From Verrucomicrobiia bacterium (GTDB taxonomy: Bacteria; Verrucomicrobiota; Verrucomicrobiia; Limisphaerales; JADJPG01), in contig DATLUX010000292.1 of assembly GCA_035577805.1 (NCBI GenBank), positions 502-64,501 on the forward strand: a stretch of 64,000 bases of DNA, given 5' to 3'. The position numbers were made by a program, and so were the translations under genes. Positions 29,339 to 38,761 of this stretch are shown piece after piece. Below the pieces are notes generated by a model that did not search any database, was not told the origin of the DNA, and was given only the letters and a program-made list of their open reading frames with translations. How positions within the stretch are numbered: the stretch's first letter is position 1; each line of letters begins with the position of its first letter.

Positions 29339-31168
29339 ATGAGCGCCACGACACACGCTGGGCAACTGCACGACGTTCACCAGGTTGAGCATCATCACGA
29401 GCTCAACTTCTGGCAGAAATACATCTTTTCCACGGACCACAAGATCATCGGCATTCAGTACGGCTTCATGGCGTTGCTGTTCTTGTTCTTCGGGTTTTGC
29501 CTGATGCTGATGATGCGCTGGTCGATCGCCTTTCCGGACAAGCCCATCCCGGTGGTGGGCGGACTCCTGCAATGGGTCCTGGGCAAGGAAGCAGTGCCGA
29601 ACGGGACGATGGGGCCCGATCTTTACAATTCCTTCGGAGCCATGCACGGCACGATCATGGTGTTCCTGGCCATTGTGCCCCTGGCCTTCGCCGCTTTCGG
29701 CAATTACGTGGTGCCCCTGCAAATCGGCGCCCCCGACATGGCGTTTCCACGGGTGAACATGGCCAGCTTCGATTGTTTTTTCCTGGGCGGCGTGGTGATG
29801 TTCTCGAGCTTCTTCATTCCGGGCGGCGCGGCCAAGTCCGGGTGGACCTCCTATTCACCGCTGGCGACGCTGGCGGAGCGCACGTATCTGGTGAATGGCC
29901 AGACCTTCTGGATCATCGGCATGGTGCTGCTTATCACCTCGTCGTTGTTGGGCGCGGTGAACTTCATCGCGACTATCATCCAGTTGCGGGCCCCAGGCAT
30001 GACCTGGATGCGGTTGCCCTTTTTCTGTTGGGCTCAATTCGTGACGGCGTTCCTGCTCTTGCTGGCGTTTCCGCCGCTGGAAGCCGCCGGCGTCATGCAG
30101 TTGATGGATAACCTGGCCGGCACCAGCTTCTTTCTGCCCAGCGGTCTGATGGTGGCCGGCACCACGCCCATCCCGATCAGTGGCGGAGGCAGCCCGTTGT
30201 TGTGGCAGCATCTGTTCTGGTTTTTGGGGCATCCGGAGGTTTACGTGCTGATCTTGCCGGGTATGGGGGTGGTGGCGGAAGTGATCGCCAACAACACGCG
30301 CAAACCGCTCTGGGGATACAAATCGCTGGTTTACTCGGTGCTGGCCATCGGGTTCATCTCTTTCATCGTGTGGGCCCATCACATGTACCTCACCGGCATG
30401 GGCACCAAGATCAGCACCTTCTTCCAGACGACCACGATGATCATCTCCATCCCTTCGGTGATCATTCTCACCTGCCTCTTCATCTCCCTTTGGGGCGGGT
30501 CCATCCGGTTCAACACCCAGATGCTCTTCGCCCTCGCATTCCTCCCCATGTTCGGCATCGGCGGACTGACCGGGTTGCCACTTGGGTTTAACTTTTCGGA
30601 TCTGCATTTGCACGACACCTATTATGTGATCGCCCATTTCCATTATGTGGTGGCGCCGGGCACGATCTTCGCCTTGTTTGCGGGCATTTATCATTGGTTC
30701 CCAAAGATCACGGGCCGGCTGATGAACGAAACGCTCGGGCGCGTGCATTTCTGGCTCTCGTTGATCTTCATGAATGCTGTGTTCCAACCCATGTTCCAGC
30801 AGGGCATGGCGGGCATGATCCGGCGCATGTATAACGGCGGCGCCACCTATGCGGCCACTCCCACCGAATCAGGGTTGTCTCCGCACATCCTGGGCCTGAA
30901 CAAATATGTTTCGATGGCCGCCTGGTTCCTTTGCCTGGCCCAGCTTCCATTTATCATCAATTTCTTCTGGACCCTCTGGCGCGGCAAAAAGACACCGGAA
31001 AATCCGTGGCACGCCACCACCGTGGAATGGGATACGCCCACCCCGCCGCCGCACGGTAACTTCAGCCGGCCTGTGCAAATCCATCGGGGTCCATACGAAT
31101 ACAGCGTGCCCGGACACAGCGCCGATTTCACCATGCAAACGCAACCTGAAAAAGGTGCCAAGCACTGA
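29339..31168 (+). CDS. ctaD: Cytochrome c oxidase subunit I
   Basis: WFLGHPEVYVLILPGMG, HHMYLTG, YYVIAHFHYVV and the 12-TM layout are canonical COX1. Confidence 0.95.
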   Translation: MSATTHAGQLHDVHQVEHHHELNFWQKYIFSTDHKIIGIQYGFMALLFLFFGFCLMLMMRWSIAFPDKPIPVVGGLLQWVLGKEAVPNGTMGPDLYNSFGAMHGTIMVFLAIVPLAFAAFGNYVVPLQIGAPDMAFPRVNMASFDCFFLGGVVMFSSFFIPGGAAKSGWTSYSPLATLAERTYLVNGQTFWIIGMVLLITSSLLGAVNFIATIIQLRAPGMTWMRLPFFCWAQFVTAFLLLLAFPPLEAAGVMQLMDNLAGTSFFLPSGLMVAGTTPIPISGGGSPLLWQHLFWFLGHPEVYVLILPGMGVVAEVIANNTRKPLWGYKSLVYSVLAIGFISFIVWAHHMYLTGMGTKISTFFQTTTMIISIPSVIILTCLFISLWGGSIRFNTQMLFALAFLPMFGIGGLTGLPLGFNFSDLHLHDTYYVIAHFHYVVAPGTIFALFAGIYHWFPKITGRLMNETLGRVHFWLSLIFMNAVFQPMFQQGMAGMIRRMYNGGATYAATPTESGLSPHILGLNKYVSMAAWFLCLAQLPFIINFFWTLWRGKKTPENPWHATTVEWDTPTPPPHGNFSRPVQIHRGPYEYSVPGHSADFTMQTQPEKGAKH

Positions 31169-31183
31169 CCAAGCCCACGGATC

Positions 31184-31993
31184 ATGGAAATTCCCTACGT
31201 TGTTAAAGCGCGCCCGGACACGGGCTTATTCAACGCCAAGGTTGGCATCTGGCTCTTCCTGGCCTCCGAGGTCATGCTTTTCGGCGCCTTGTTTTCGGCC
31301 TACATCCTGTTGCGAGTAGGTGCCGATCCGGGAAGCTGGCCCCAGGGTCTGTTGAATGTGCCCATCGGCACGTTCAACACCACTGTGCTCATTTCCTCCA
31401 GCGTCACCGTCGTGCTCTCCTGGGCCGCCTTGAAAATGGGCCGCTTCAACACCTACCGAAAGTACCAGGCTATCACCATCCTTTGCGCCCTGGGCTTTCT
31501 CGGGATCAAATCGTTCGAATACCGCGATAAATGGACGCACTACGAGATCTGGAAGACCGACGGCACGCGCGTCACCGGGCACATCGAGGGCTCGCCCTAT
31601 TTTTGGAATACCGCCACGCTGACCAAGAAGAAGCTTGACCAAATCATGTTCGCGCCGGATGCCCGGCATTACAATGACCCGCCAGCCGAACACCATGTCG
31701 AAGCGCATGCCAAGCATGAGTTTGCCCCGGTCAAGACTTCGGACATCAAAAGGCTTTCGGCCTTCGTGCCGTCGCACAGCACCTTTTTTGCGATCTACTT
31801 CACGCTGACGGCCCTGCATGGTCTGCACGTGTTGGCAGGCGCGCTGGTGATCGCCTATATTTGGGGTCCGGGCGCGCGGATGTGGAAGACCGACCCGGAA
31901 CGCTACACCAACCGCGTTGAGGTCTCGGGCTTGTTCTGGCATTTCGTCGACTTGGTTTGGATCTTCCTCTTTCCGGTGCTCTATTTGCTGTGA
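31184..31993 (+). CDS. ctaE: Cytochrome c oxidase subunit III
   Basis: FLASEVMLFGALFSAYILLR, HGLHVLAG and WHFVDLVWIFLFPVLY are COX3 signatures. Confidence 0.9.
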   Translation: MEIPYVVKARPDTGLFNAKVGIWLFLASEVMLFGALFSAYILLRVGADPGSWPQGLLNVPIGTFNTTVLISSSVTVVLSWAALKMGRFNTYRKYQAITILCALGFLGIKSFEYRDKWTHYEIWKTDGTRVTGHIEGSPYFWNTATLTKKKLDQIMFAPDARHYNDPPAEHHVEAHAKHEFAPVKTSDIKRLSAFVPSHSTFFAIYFTLTALHGLHVLAGALVIAYIWGPGARMWKTDPERYTNRVEVSGLFWHFVDLVWIFLFPVLYLL

Positions 31994-32067
31994 TCTGAAC
32001 CGGTTTGGGAATGTGCCGATGATCGATTGACCGACTGAGCTGAAATTAAGAAAAAGAAAAAGAGTCT

Positions 32068-32436
32068 ATGAGCGACGCCCATTCGCCTGAGGCCATCAAA
32101 AAGCATGTCCGTACCTACTTGGTGATCTTTGGGGCCCTGTTGGCCGGGACCATCGTGACGGTTTGGTTGCGGTCGATCCATTTTGGCGATTTCTGGATCA
32201 CGGTGGCCATCGCGCTGACCGTGGCCACGATCAAAGCCAGCCTGGTGGCCGGATTCTTTATGCATTTGATCTCCGAGCGCAAAGCCATCTACGCCACGCT
32301 CGCGACCACCGTGTTCTTCTTTGCCGCGATGATGTACTTGACCGTGTGGGCGCGGGTGCAGGTGCCGAGGGGTTCGGAATACCTCATGCGCCAGGAAGTG
32401 CCCCACCCGGCTGTGCGCAACGGAGGTGCGCTCTGA
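32068..32436 (+). CDS. ctaF: Cytochrome c oxidase subunit IV (bacterial CtaF/COX4_pro family)
   Basis: The protein is 122 aa with three TM helices. The opening HVRTYLVIFGALLAGTIVTV is typical of the prokaryotic subunit IV family, and it is positioned right after coxIII. Confidence 0.55.
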   Translation: MSDAHSPEAIKKHVRTYLVIFGALLAGTIVTVWLRSIHFGDFWITVAIALTVATIKASLVAGFFMHLISERKAIYATLATTVFFFAAMMYLTVWARVQVPRGSEYLMRQEVPHPAVRNGGAL

Positions 32437-32452
32437 CGTTGAGGACTTCGTC

Positions 32453-32659
32453 ATGTCTTTGAAAGCGTTCCATGTCTTGTTCATCGCTGTCTCCATCCTG
32501 CTGGCGTTCGGGTTCGCGTTTTGGGAGCTCAAGCTTTACGCGGAACAACGCGGCTGGATGGAACTCGGGTTCGGCTTGGGCTCGTTCGTTTCGGGCGTAG
32601 GCTTGATCGTTTACGGCCGTTATGTCCTGAAGAAACTTAAACACATCAGTTACCTGTGA
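32453..32659 (+). CDS. Small 2-TM membrane protein in the oxidase operon
   Basis: The sequence is MSLKAFHVLFIAVSILLAFGFAFWELKLYAEQRGWMELGFGLGSFVSGVGLIVYGRYVLKKLKHISYL. A GAGGA RBS sits 8 nt upstream. The track ORF starts at 32426. Confidence 0.5.
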   Translation: MSLKAFHVLFIAVSILLAFGFAFWELKLYAEQRGWMELGFGLGSFVSGVGLIVYGRYVLKKLKHISYL

Positions 32660-33114
32660 ACCGCAGTGTGTTCCATCAACCTCGTAGCAGCCGGCGTCAG
32701 GAGGCTCACTGGCAGCCTGGAGATCAGAGCCTCGTGACCCGCCTGCGCCCTACGGGCTACGGCGGGCAAGCCTCGGCTGCTATCAGGGGTGGCGCCACGC
32801 TCCGTTGGGCCCGGGGGTTCGTCGCGGTCACCGTCTCGCTCCTGGCGGTTTTGCCCACCCCGGTCTGGGCTTGTGCTGCTTGTTTCGGCAAGTCCGACGA
32901 CGCCATGGCCCGCGCCATGAACATGGGCATTTTCTCATTGTTAGTCGTGGTCTTGTTTGTGCTCGGCGGGATTGGAGCGTTCGCGATCTTCCTGATGCGG
33001 CGGGCCGCTCAGTTCCCGTCTTTGCCTTTGCCGGAGGAACCTGCGGTGGAGCCCGGCGCTGCGCCTGGTCCCATGCCCGAGGCACTCTCTGCGCTTTCTC
33101 AACCTTCCCAATAG
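32656..33114 (+). CDS. Hypothetical 2-TM membrane protein with a periplasmic CAAC motif, translationally coupled to its neighbour (GTGA overlap)
   Basis: A GTG start overlaps the previous stop. The layout is an Arg-rich N-terminus, then TM (FVAVTVSLLAVLPTPVWA), then CAACFGKSDD, then TM (IFSLLVVVLFVLGGIGAFAIFLM). The overlapping track ORF 32805..33332 looks spurious. Confidence 0.4.
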   Translation: MNRSVFHQPRSSRRQEAHWQPGDQSLVTRLRPTGYGGQASAAIRGGATLRWARGFVAVTVSLLAVLPTPVWACAACFGKSDDAMARAMNMGIFSLLVVVLFVLGGIGAFAIFLMRRAAQFPSLPLPEEPAVEPGAAPGPMPEALSALSQPSQ

Positions 33115-33126
33115 CTCCTTCAACTC

Positions 33127-33909
33127 ATGGACAAAATCCTAGGACTTCCCGAGCTTGCCTCCAAACACGGCGTCGACGTGGACCGGTTTATCATCTACAT
33201 CCATTATTTGATGATCGCTTTGTTCATCGGATGGACGGCCTATTTTCTCTACGCGATTTGGCGCTTTCGCAGCAGTCGTCATCCCAAAGCCGATTATGTG
33301 GGTGTGACCAGCCACGCTTCCAGTTACCTTGAACTGGCGGTGGCCGCGGTGGAAATCCTGCTTCTGGTCGGGTTTGCCATTCCCATGTGGGCGAAAGTGG
33401 TTGATCAAGGGGAGTTGGACGTGTCGAAAGCGCAGTTGATCCGGGTGACCGCCCAGCAGTTTGCCTGGAGCGGCCGTTATCCTGGACCGGACGGCAAGTT
33501 TGGCAAACAGGACATCAAGTTGGCGGCCCCGAGCAACAAACTGGGTTTGTGGCAAATGGATGACAAACTGAAGAAGGAAGATCCTGACGGCAAGGACGAC
33601 GTGGTGCTGGCTGACAGCGTGGAGATCGTGGCGCCGGTGGATACGGATGTAATCGTCTCGCTCAGTTCGTTGGATGTGATTCATTCGTTTAAAGTGCCCG
33701 CCATGCGCATGACGCATGACGCCATCCCTGGCATGCGGATCCCGGTTCATTTTCATCCCACCAAGACCGGCACCTTCCAGATCAATTGCGCCCAGCTTTG
33801 CGGTGTCGGTCATTCCACCATGAAAAGCACTTTCAAGGTGGTTTCGACCAATGAGTTTGAGGTCTGGCTGAAATCCAAGGCCGGCTCGGCTCCAGTGAAC
33901 TTTGAATAG
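33127..33909 (+). CDS. ctaC: Cytochrome c oxidase subunit II (CuA site, no fused cytochrome c domain)
   Basis: There are two N-terminal TM helices. HSF...CAQLCGVGHSTM supplies the CuA ligands (H, C-x3-C, H, M). There is no CxxCH motif, so this is aa3-type rather than caa3-type. Confidence 0.85.
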   Translation: MDKILGLPELASKHGVDVDRFIIYIHYLMIALFIGWTAYFLYAIWRFRSSRHPKADYVGVTSHASSYLELAVAAVEILLLVGFAIPMWAKVVDQGELDVSKAQLIRVTAQQFAWSGRYPGPDGKFGKQDIKLAAPSNKLGLWQMDDKLKKEDPDGKDDVVLADSVEIVAPVDTDVIVSLSSLDVIHSFKVPAMRMTHDAIPGMRIPVHFHPTKTGTFQINCAQLCGVGHSTMKSTFKVVSTNEFEVWLKSKAGSAPVNFE

Positions 33910-33936
33910 GGCGTCGCCAGCCGACGGTTTGCGCCC

Positions 33937-34626
33937 ATGAACGGCCCGGCGCGTAGTCTGCAGTGGATCGTGTGGGGAGGAATGGCGGTGACGATGGCGA
34001 TAATCCTGGCCGCGTTTGTCTTGCAGAACCGGCGTGCGCGCTCTGCTTCCGCTTCCACCTCCGCCGCGGCTGAATTCAGTGAATCGGGGCTCGCTGCCCG
34101 GGGCCCGTTGCCGGTCTTGTTCCGTGTCCCTGACTTCGCGTTGACCAACCAGGACGGGCAACCCATCACTTTGGATTCCCTGCGCGCTCAGGTTTGGCTG
34201 GCCGATATCATTTTTACCCGCTGCAGCGGTCCCTGTCCGGCGATGGCCCGTCGCACCGCCGAATTGCAAGGTCTCATCAACCCGCAATGGCCGGTGAAAT
34301 TTGTCACCCTGACGACTGACCCGGATTACGATACGCCGGCAGTGCTTCGCGCTCATGGACAACGGTATGGCGCTCAATCCGGTCGCTGGCATTTTCTGAC
34401 CGGGCCAAAGAAGGACGTGGTGCAGTTGGCCGTGCACGGGTTGAAACTGACGGCCCTGGACAAGGACGCCGGGCAACAAGAGACGCCGACGGATCTGTTC
34501 ATTCATTCCACCCAATTCATCCTGGTTGATGGCCAAGGCCAGGCCCGCGCGGTGTTTGAGAACGAAGACGCCGAGATGCCGGCAAAAGTGATGAAGGCCG
34601 TGCAACGGTTATTGCAGGAGAAATGA
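33937..34626 (+). CDS. SCO1/SenC copper chaperone
   Basis: It has an N-terminal TM segment. FTRCSGPCP is the thioredoxin-like CxxxC, with a downstream His (FIHSTQF). Confidence 0.85.
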   Translation: MNGPARSLQWIVWGGMAVTMAIILAAFVLQNRRARSASASTSAAAEFSESGLAARGPLPVLFRVPDFALTNQDGQPITLDSLRAQVWLADIIFTRCSGPCPAMARRTAELQGLINPQWPVKFVTLTTDPDYDTPAVLRAHGQRYGAQSGRWHFLTGPKKDVVQLAVHGLKLTALDKDAGQQETPTDLFIHSTQFILVDGQGQARAVFENEDAEMPAKVMKAVQRLLQEK

Positions 34627-34627
34627 A

Positions 34628-35077
34628 ATGAATCTCGCGGTTTTGCCCCCGTTAAACGCGGCCCTCAACGGCTTTAGTGCCTGTTGCCTGGTCGCCGGCT
34701 TGATTCTAATCCGGCGCGGTCGCCGCGATGCCCATCATCGTTGCATGTTGGCGGCCGTCACGGCTTCCGCCCTCTTCCTGGTTTCCTATCTCTATTACCA
34801 TTTCCATGCTGGCCGCACCGTGTTTCGGGACCCGGCTTGGTTCCGGCCGATTTATCTGACGCTGCTGCTGACTCACACGGTCCTGGCGGTGACGATCCTG
34901 CCGATGATCATCGTCACCCTGTTGCGGGCTTTACGGGGCGCATTCGATCGTCATAAGAAGATTGCGCGCTGGACCTGGCCGCTCTGGATGTATGTGTCTG
35001 TAACCGGCGTGCTCATCTATTTTTTGCTTTATCAGATCTTCCCCCAAGCCGGAGCGGCCAGCGTGGGCCCGCGCTAG
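34628..35077 (+). CDS. DUF420-type 4-TM membrane protein (commonly linked to SCO/oxidase genes)
   Basis: The protein is 149 aa with 4 predicted TM helices. It sits immediately after SCO1 with a 1-nt gap. Confidence 0.5.
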   Translation: MNLAVLPPLNAALNGFSACCLVAGLILIRRGRRDAHHRCMLAAVTASALFLVSYLYYHFHAGRTVFRDPAWFRPIYLTLLLTHTVLAVTILPMIIVTLLRALRGAFDRHKKIARWTWPLWMYVSVTGVLIYFLLYQIFPQAGAASVGPR

Positions 35078-35316
35078 TGCTAGTGATGTGTCCCTTATAT
35101 AGGGGACACATCACACAGATCGAGCGCGATGCCAGTTTTCCTGACCCAAGGAATTGTGGTGGTTTTGCGGTCACCCCCTTGGAATGGGCACGTTGGCGGT
35201 GTGGTCGCAATACGTCTGAACGGCCTTCTTCCTGCTTTTCCAGCTCACCAAACCCTCAAAATAAGGGCTTTACAGCGCCAGCCTGCGTTTCGCAAACTGC
35301 TCTGGTGTCCGTGATA

Positions 35317-37350
35317 ATGCACGAAAGGGATCGGCTGAGTGGCCAGCCGAGCACAACCGAACTGTCGTCCAGCCAGCAACAGCTTCTTGAAACCGCCATC
35401 CAGCGGTCCCAAAACTACCTTTTAGGCATCCGAAAACCTGAGGGATTTTGGGTCGGCGAACTGATGGTCGATTCCACCCTGGTTTCCGACACGGTGGCGT
35501 TTCATCATTGGGACGGCAGCGTCGACCCGGAATGGCAGCGCAAAGCGGTCAATCATATCTCCTCGATGCAACTGCCCGATGGGGGTTGGAACATTTATTA
35601 TGGGGGCCCGTCCGAGGTTAATGCGACCATCAAAGCGTATCTGGCCTTGAAGTTGGCCGGTGTGCCGGTGACGGATCCGCGGATGTTGAAGGCGCGGGAA
35701 GTGGCGCTGAGTTTGGGGGGTGTTCCGCGCATGAACACGTTCTCCAAATTGTATCTGGCTTTGTTGGGGTTATTTCCCTGGGATTACGTGCCCACCATTC
35801 CCAGCGAGGTCATCCTGATCGGCAAATGGTTTTATGTGAACTTCAACGAGATGAGCAACTGGAGCCGGTCCATGCTTGTCCCGTTGGCCATCATTAACCA
35901 TTTCAAGCCGACGCGTCCGGAGAATTGTCCCGTGACGTTGGATGAGCTTTATCCTGAAGGGTTCCACGAGCGCGACCTGGCCCTGCGGCCCGATCCCGAA
36001 CGGTACACGTGGCGCAACTTCTTCCTCTGGCTCGATAAGCTTCATAAGTTTGTCGAGAACAACAATCTTCGGCCATTTCGCAAGCTGGCCTTGAAGAAGG
36101 CGGAGCGTTGGATGTTGGAACGCTTCGAGGGCAGCAATGGATTGGCGGCCATTTTCCCGGCCATGCTCAATGCGCTCATCGCGCTCAAGGCGTTGGGTTA
36201 TGCGCCCAACCATCCTGAAGTCATTCGCGCCGTCCGTGAACTCAAGAACCTCGAGCACGAAGAAAAGGATTCCGTGCGCATCGAGCCTTGTTTTTCGCCG
36301 GTATGGGATACGGCCATCGTCACGATTTGCCTCCGCGAATCGGGCATCCCGGCCGAGGATCCGCGCATGAAACAGGCCGTGGATTGGTTGATCAGCAAGG
36401 AAATCCGCGTCCGCGGCGATTGGTTCTACAAGAATCCGGCCCACGTCGAGCCCAGCGGCTGGGTCTTCGAATACGAAAATAAATGGAACCCGGACGTCGA
36501 CGATACCGCCATGGTTTTGTTGGCTTTGCGACAGGTGCCGACCGATGATCCGGGGCGACGCGACGCCTGTTTCCAACGGGGCCTGAAGTGGATGATGACT
36601 TTCCAGTGTCGGGACGGCGGCTGGGCGGCCTTCGACAAGGACTGCACCAAAGGCGTGCTCGAGAAGGTGCCTTTCGCTGATCACAACGCCATGCTGGACC
36701 CGGAATGCGCCGATATCACCGCGCGCATCCTGGAGTTGCTGGCGTATGAAGGTTATTCCCTGACGCACCCGCAAGTGCTCAAGGCCGTTCAATTCGTGCG
36801 CGATCACCAGGAGGAAGACGGTTCCTGGTATGGACGCTGGGGCGTCAACTACATCTATGGCACCTGGCAGGTTCTCCGCGGCCTGCGCGCGCTGGATTTC
36901 AAGATGAACCAACGCTGGCTCATCAAGGCCCGCGATTGGCTGGAAAGCGTGCAGAACCCCGACGGCGGCTGGGGCGAACGCTGCAATACCTACGATGACC
37001 CCGTCTTCAAAGGCAAAGGTCCCAGCACCGCTTCTCAAACCGCTTGGGCCGTCATGGGCTTATGCGCCTTCGACGATCCCAATCGCCCCAGTATCCGGCG
37101 CGGCATCGATTACCTCGAGCGCACCCAAAACCAGGATGGTTCCTGGACCGAACACGAAACCACCGGCACCGGGTTCCCCAAAGTCTTTTATCTGAAATAC
37201 GACATGTATCGCAACGCCTGGCCGTTGCTGGCTTTGGCCACCTACAAGAAACTCCTCGAAGGATTCGCCGGACGCGTCAATGGCCACGCCCATGCCCATC
37301 TGAATGGCCATTCCCAGCGGCTCCACGAAGAGATCGCTGCCCACCGGTAA
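35317..37350 (+). CDS. shc: Squalene-hopene cyclase
   Basis: The track ORF begins at a GTG at 35077 that overlaps the previous stop. I placed the start at MHERDRL (Met81 of the track ORF). NPDVDDTAMVLLAL is the DxDDTA catalytic motif. There are several QW motifs (QNPDGGWGE, QNQDGSW, EEDGSWYGRWG). Confidence 0.9.
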   Translation: MHERDRLSGQPSTTELSSSQQQLLETAIQRSQNYLLGIRKPEGFWVGELMVDSTLVSDTVAFHHWDGSVDPEWQRKAVNHISSMQLPDGGWNIYYGGPSEVNATIKAYLALKLAGVPVTDPRMLKAREVALSLGGVPRMNTFSKLYLALLGLFPWDYVPTIPSEVILIGKWFYVNFNEMSNWSRSMLVPLAIINHFKPTRPENCPVTLDELYPEGFHERDLALRPDPERYTWRNFFLWLDKLHKFVENNNLRPFRKLALKKAERWMLERFEGSNGLAAIFPAMLNALIALKALGYAPNHPEVIRAVRELKNLEHEEKDSVRIEPCFSPVWDTAIVTICLRESGIPAEDPRMKQAVDWLISKEIRVRGDWFYKNPAHVEPSGWVFEYENKWNPDVDDTAMVLLALRQVPTDDPGRRDACFQRGLKWMMTFQCRDGGWAAFDKDCTKGVLEKVPFADHNAMLDPECADITARILELLAYEGYSLTHPQVLKAVQFVRDHQEEDGSWYGRWGVNYIYGTWQVLRGLRALDFKMNQRWLIKARDWLESVQNPDGGWGERCNTYDDPVFKGKGPSTASQTAWAVMGLCAFDDPNRPSIRRGIDYLERTQNQDGSWTEHETTGTGFPKVFYLKYDMYRNAWPLLALATYKKLLEGFAGRVNGHAHAHLNGHSQRLHEEIAAHR

Positions 37351-37456
37351 AGAACGAGTGATTTTCGATATTTTCGATTGGATTAGTGTGCCGAATCGAC
37401 CAACAGGCCAACAGGAGCATCCCGAACTCAGAAAAGCTGGTCGCACGTCCTGGCGA

Positions 37457-38761
37457 CTACCGAACGTCGAACTTCACCCGCACCCAGGTATTGCTTAAGT
37501 GCCGTTGCACGCCTTCGAGCACATCGACTTCAAACGGTTTGCCGATGTTATTGCCGGCCAGATCTTCGATCGTCGAGCGCACCACCAACTGATGCGGTCC
37601 GCGCTGCCACGGCTCCGCTGGCCTGAGAGTCCATTGCCGTTCTTCCTCGCCCAACGCGATTGTGCCTTCCACCCGATGTTCGGATTTGTCGGCGCCGCGT
37701 GTGACGTGAATCATCCGCAAGGCCAGCGCGTGATCCATCGGATCGGAAAAGGTCACCTTTAAAGGTTCGCTTGAACTTGCCCGGGGTGTGTCCAGGCGCC
37801 ATTGGGCCGGATCCGGTGGGGTCCGATCGGGCGGTCCCACGGCAAAATGTTTTTCAAACCCGGCGCGCAGCGGCCGGTCCCGACCATCACGCCAGCCGGG
37901 ATCCACCTTCAGAGTATAACGCCGACCGTTGACCAGGGACGGCCCGACTTCCTCCAGGGGCTGGACCCCGCGCTTAATCCGTCCGGGATCAATGAACAAC
38001 GTTAGCCGCTTCAAGTCCGGGTCCCACAATTCTTCGTCAATCTCCAGGAAAGGCAGTTCCACCACCTGCCCTGTGTCGTTGAGCAGCCGGATATGATCGT
38101 AGATATGCCCCCGGCTCATCGGCGCGGAGAAATGGATGTAAAACTTCAACAGATTTTCCGGAACCAACGGCGTGGTGGGATAAATCTGGGTGACCACCGT
38201 CGTCGCGTTCGTGGCCCGGGCCGGCAAACTAAAGACCTGGGTCAAAGCCGGCGTGCCTTGGGGGCGTGCGTGCCACAAGGCATCCGGATAAAAGACCGCC
38301 CGATACCGGACGCCCGCCACCAGCGGGTACCCTGGCGTGAACGTGAGCGACTTTGGTCCAACCCGATATTCACCCGCCATGGCCGGCAGCCCAATCTGTG
38401 CCGCAAGGTCATCCTGTTCGACCTGCACGGCCAGGAGCTGCTGCCATTGGTCCAGCGTCCGGTGAGCGCGTCGCAGTTCACTCAATTCGCTGGCCGTTAG
38501 TTCGCCAAGCTGGACGGTGGAAGATTCCGGGGCATCGGGAGGGCTCACCCAATGGAGGGAGGCCCCAGACGCGCATGAGAGAAATGAGCTGAGTGAAATC
38601 AACCAGGCCAGGACGCAACGGCCCAGACGAAGGGCCCGGTGGCACTGAGCGACTGGAGAAACGAGCACTCTGTGGCCCTGCGCACCGCTCACGAGCGCGG
38701 CCCGGCGCGAGCAACTCCGATTCATCGCGCCGCGCACCGTCTTTCCAGGTTGACCGATCAA
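37457..38761 (-). CDS. Hypothetical exported protein
   Basis: The protein is 434 aa. A signal-like segment CVLAWLISLSSFLSCASGA follows a long N-terminal extension, so the true start is probably internal or non-ATG. I recognise no family. It overlaps the upstream gene by 4 nt. Confidence 0.55.
   Translation of the reverse strand: MIGQPGKTVRGAMNRSCSRRAALVSGAQGHRVLVSPVAQCHRALRLGRCVLAWLISLSSFLSCASGASLHWVSPPDAPESSTVQLGELTASELSELRRAHRTLDQWQQLLAVQVEQDDLAAQIGLPAMAGEYRVGPKSLTFTPGYPLVAGVRYRAVFYPDALWHARPQGTPALTQVFSLPARATNATTVVTQIYPTTPLVPENLLKFYIHFSAPMSRGHIYDHIRLLNDTGQVVELPFLEIDEELWDPDLKRLTLFIDPGRIKRGVQPLEEVGPSLVNGRRYTLKVDPGWRDGRDRPLRAGFEKHFAVGPPDRTPPDPAQWRLDTPRASSSEPLKVTFSDPMDHALALRMIHVTRGADKSEHRVEGTIALGEEERQWTLRPAEPWQRGPHQLVVRSTIEDLAGNNIGKPFEVDVLEGVQRHLSNTWVRVKFDVR

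Noticed and set aside
35281-35283. Apparent +1 nucleotide discrepancy when hand-translating the 5' end of the shc ORF (ccaagcc where the track protein implies ccagcc)
   Set aside because: The track ORF is continuous and its ends match the sequence coordinates. This is most likely my own reading error, not a real frameshift, so no pseudogene call was made.
35770-37038. 422-aa minus-strand ORF
   Set aside because: It lies inside and antisense to the squalene-hopene cyclase gene, which has DxDDTA and QW motifs. It is a shadow ORF.
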